Below, one piece after another: positions 63,691-64,000 of a stretch of 64,000 bases of DNA; the first letter of the stretch is position 1; the number at the start of each line of letters is the position of its first letter. Below the pieces are notes generated by a model, which worked only from the letters and a program-made list of their open reading frames with translations, did not search any database and had not been told where the DNA came from. The DNA comes from an uncultured Desulfobacterales bacterium (GTDB lineage Bacteria > Desulfobacterota > Desulfobaccia > Desulfobaccales > 0-14-0-80-60-11): NCBI GenBank assembly GCA_964480485.1, contig CAYZOP010000003.1:184057-248056 (forward strand), given 5' to 3'. The position numbers were made by a program, and so were the translations under genes.

Positions 63691-64000
63691 ATGGCCACGC
63701 ACGACCTGTCCATCAAAGGCGCCGCCGTCGGCGCGGTGGCGGGACTGGCCGCAGAGCTCACCCTCCAGGAGCTCACCGGCCACCACTTCACTCACGGCCT
63801 CCTGGAGCTTATCGGCGCGGCCGCCGGCCTCTGGCGCCTGGACCGCCGCCTGGCCGAGGCCCTCAGGGACACCCTGAACCAGGCGAAGGAACACGACGAC
63901 CAGGACTACAGGGAAATCAAACGGCGCATCCGCGAACTCACCGATGACCTGCCGGAACTGCGGGAAATACTGGACAACCTGGTGGACGCCGGCATCTCGG
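63691..64000 (+). CDS. hypothetical protein, 5' part (runs off the window)
   Basis: ATG at 63691 preceded by AAGGAGG. The translation is MATHDLSIKGAAVGAVAGLAAELTLQELTGHHF...DYREIKRRIRELTDDLPELREILDNL. The ORF is open to the window end. Confidence 0.5.
   Translation, partial: MATHDLSIKGAAVGAVAGLAAELTLQELTGHHFTHGLLELIGAAAGLWRLDRRLAEALRDTLNQAKEHDDQDYREIKRRIRELTDDLPELREILDNLVDAGIS

Noticed and set aside
1-64000. Search for CRISPR arrays, transposases, integrases, phage genes, toxin-antitoxin pairs and reverse transcriptases
   Set aside because: I saw no regularly spaced direct repeats and no ORF with recognisable motifs of these families. The only mobile-looking signals are AT-rich patches at 36745-37140 and 11029-12250, which are reported separately.

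Overview
This is a GC-rich window (judged by eye, not computed) from a Gram-negative, flagellated bacterium. The gene content (cytochrome bd, DUF3786 Fe-S protein, small ferredoxin, inositol-phosphate solute genes) suggests an anaerobic, possibly thermophilic Deltaproteobacteria/Thermodesulfobacteriota-like organism; that is inference only. Most of the window is recognisable. Housekeeping genes are glyQ/glyS, tRNA-Val(GAC), cydAB, ruvC/ruvA, yebC, rlmE, ade, proS, rel, rpmB and a purH-like AICAR transformylase. There is a complete flagellar export/regulation operon (fliLMNOPQR-flhBAFG-fliA). There is an alpha-2-macroglobulin/PbpC pair with a divergent MerR regulator. Two large PAS/HisKA_3 sensor kinases sit with NarL-type partners. 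I found no CRISPR array, transposase, integrase or prophage genes. The most interesting part is a same-strand cluster at about 13.8-21.7 kb, with a convergent myo-inositol-1-phosphate synthase at 21.9-23.0 kb. It combines a DIPPS-like CDP-alcohol phosphotransferase (perfect catalytic motif, apparently degenerate N-terminal cytidylyltransferase-like domain), a HAD hydrolase and a separate nucleotidyltransferase. These are followed by an ATP-grasp enzyme, a class-III aminotransferase, a Gfo/Idh/MocA oxidoreductase and a stand-alone MprF-flippase-like (UPF0104) membrane protein. I read this as a candidate pathway for a modified, possibly aminated or acylated, inositol-phosphate solute or lipid head group that goes beyond the known DIP pathway. 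Other points: (1) a beta-class DNA methyltransferase is fused to an AT-rich, SNase-like, probably non-catalytic C-terminal domain directly downstream of ruvC-ruvA; (2) three uncharacterised genes are translationally coupled to fliA; (3) the FadL/TodX-family porin has a roughly 420-nt leader carrying TCCCTTAAG repeats; (4) one kinase has a V4R-like sensor domain; (5) G-tract/C-tract hairpins recur in nearly every intergenic gap. Many long ORFs antisense to real genes are GC-driven shadows and were rejected.
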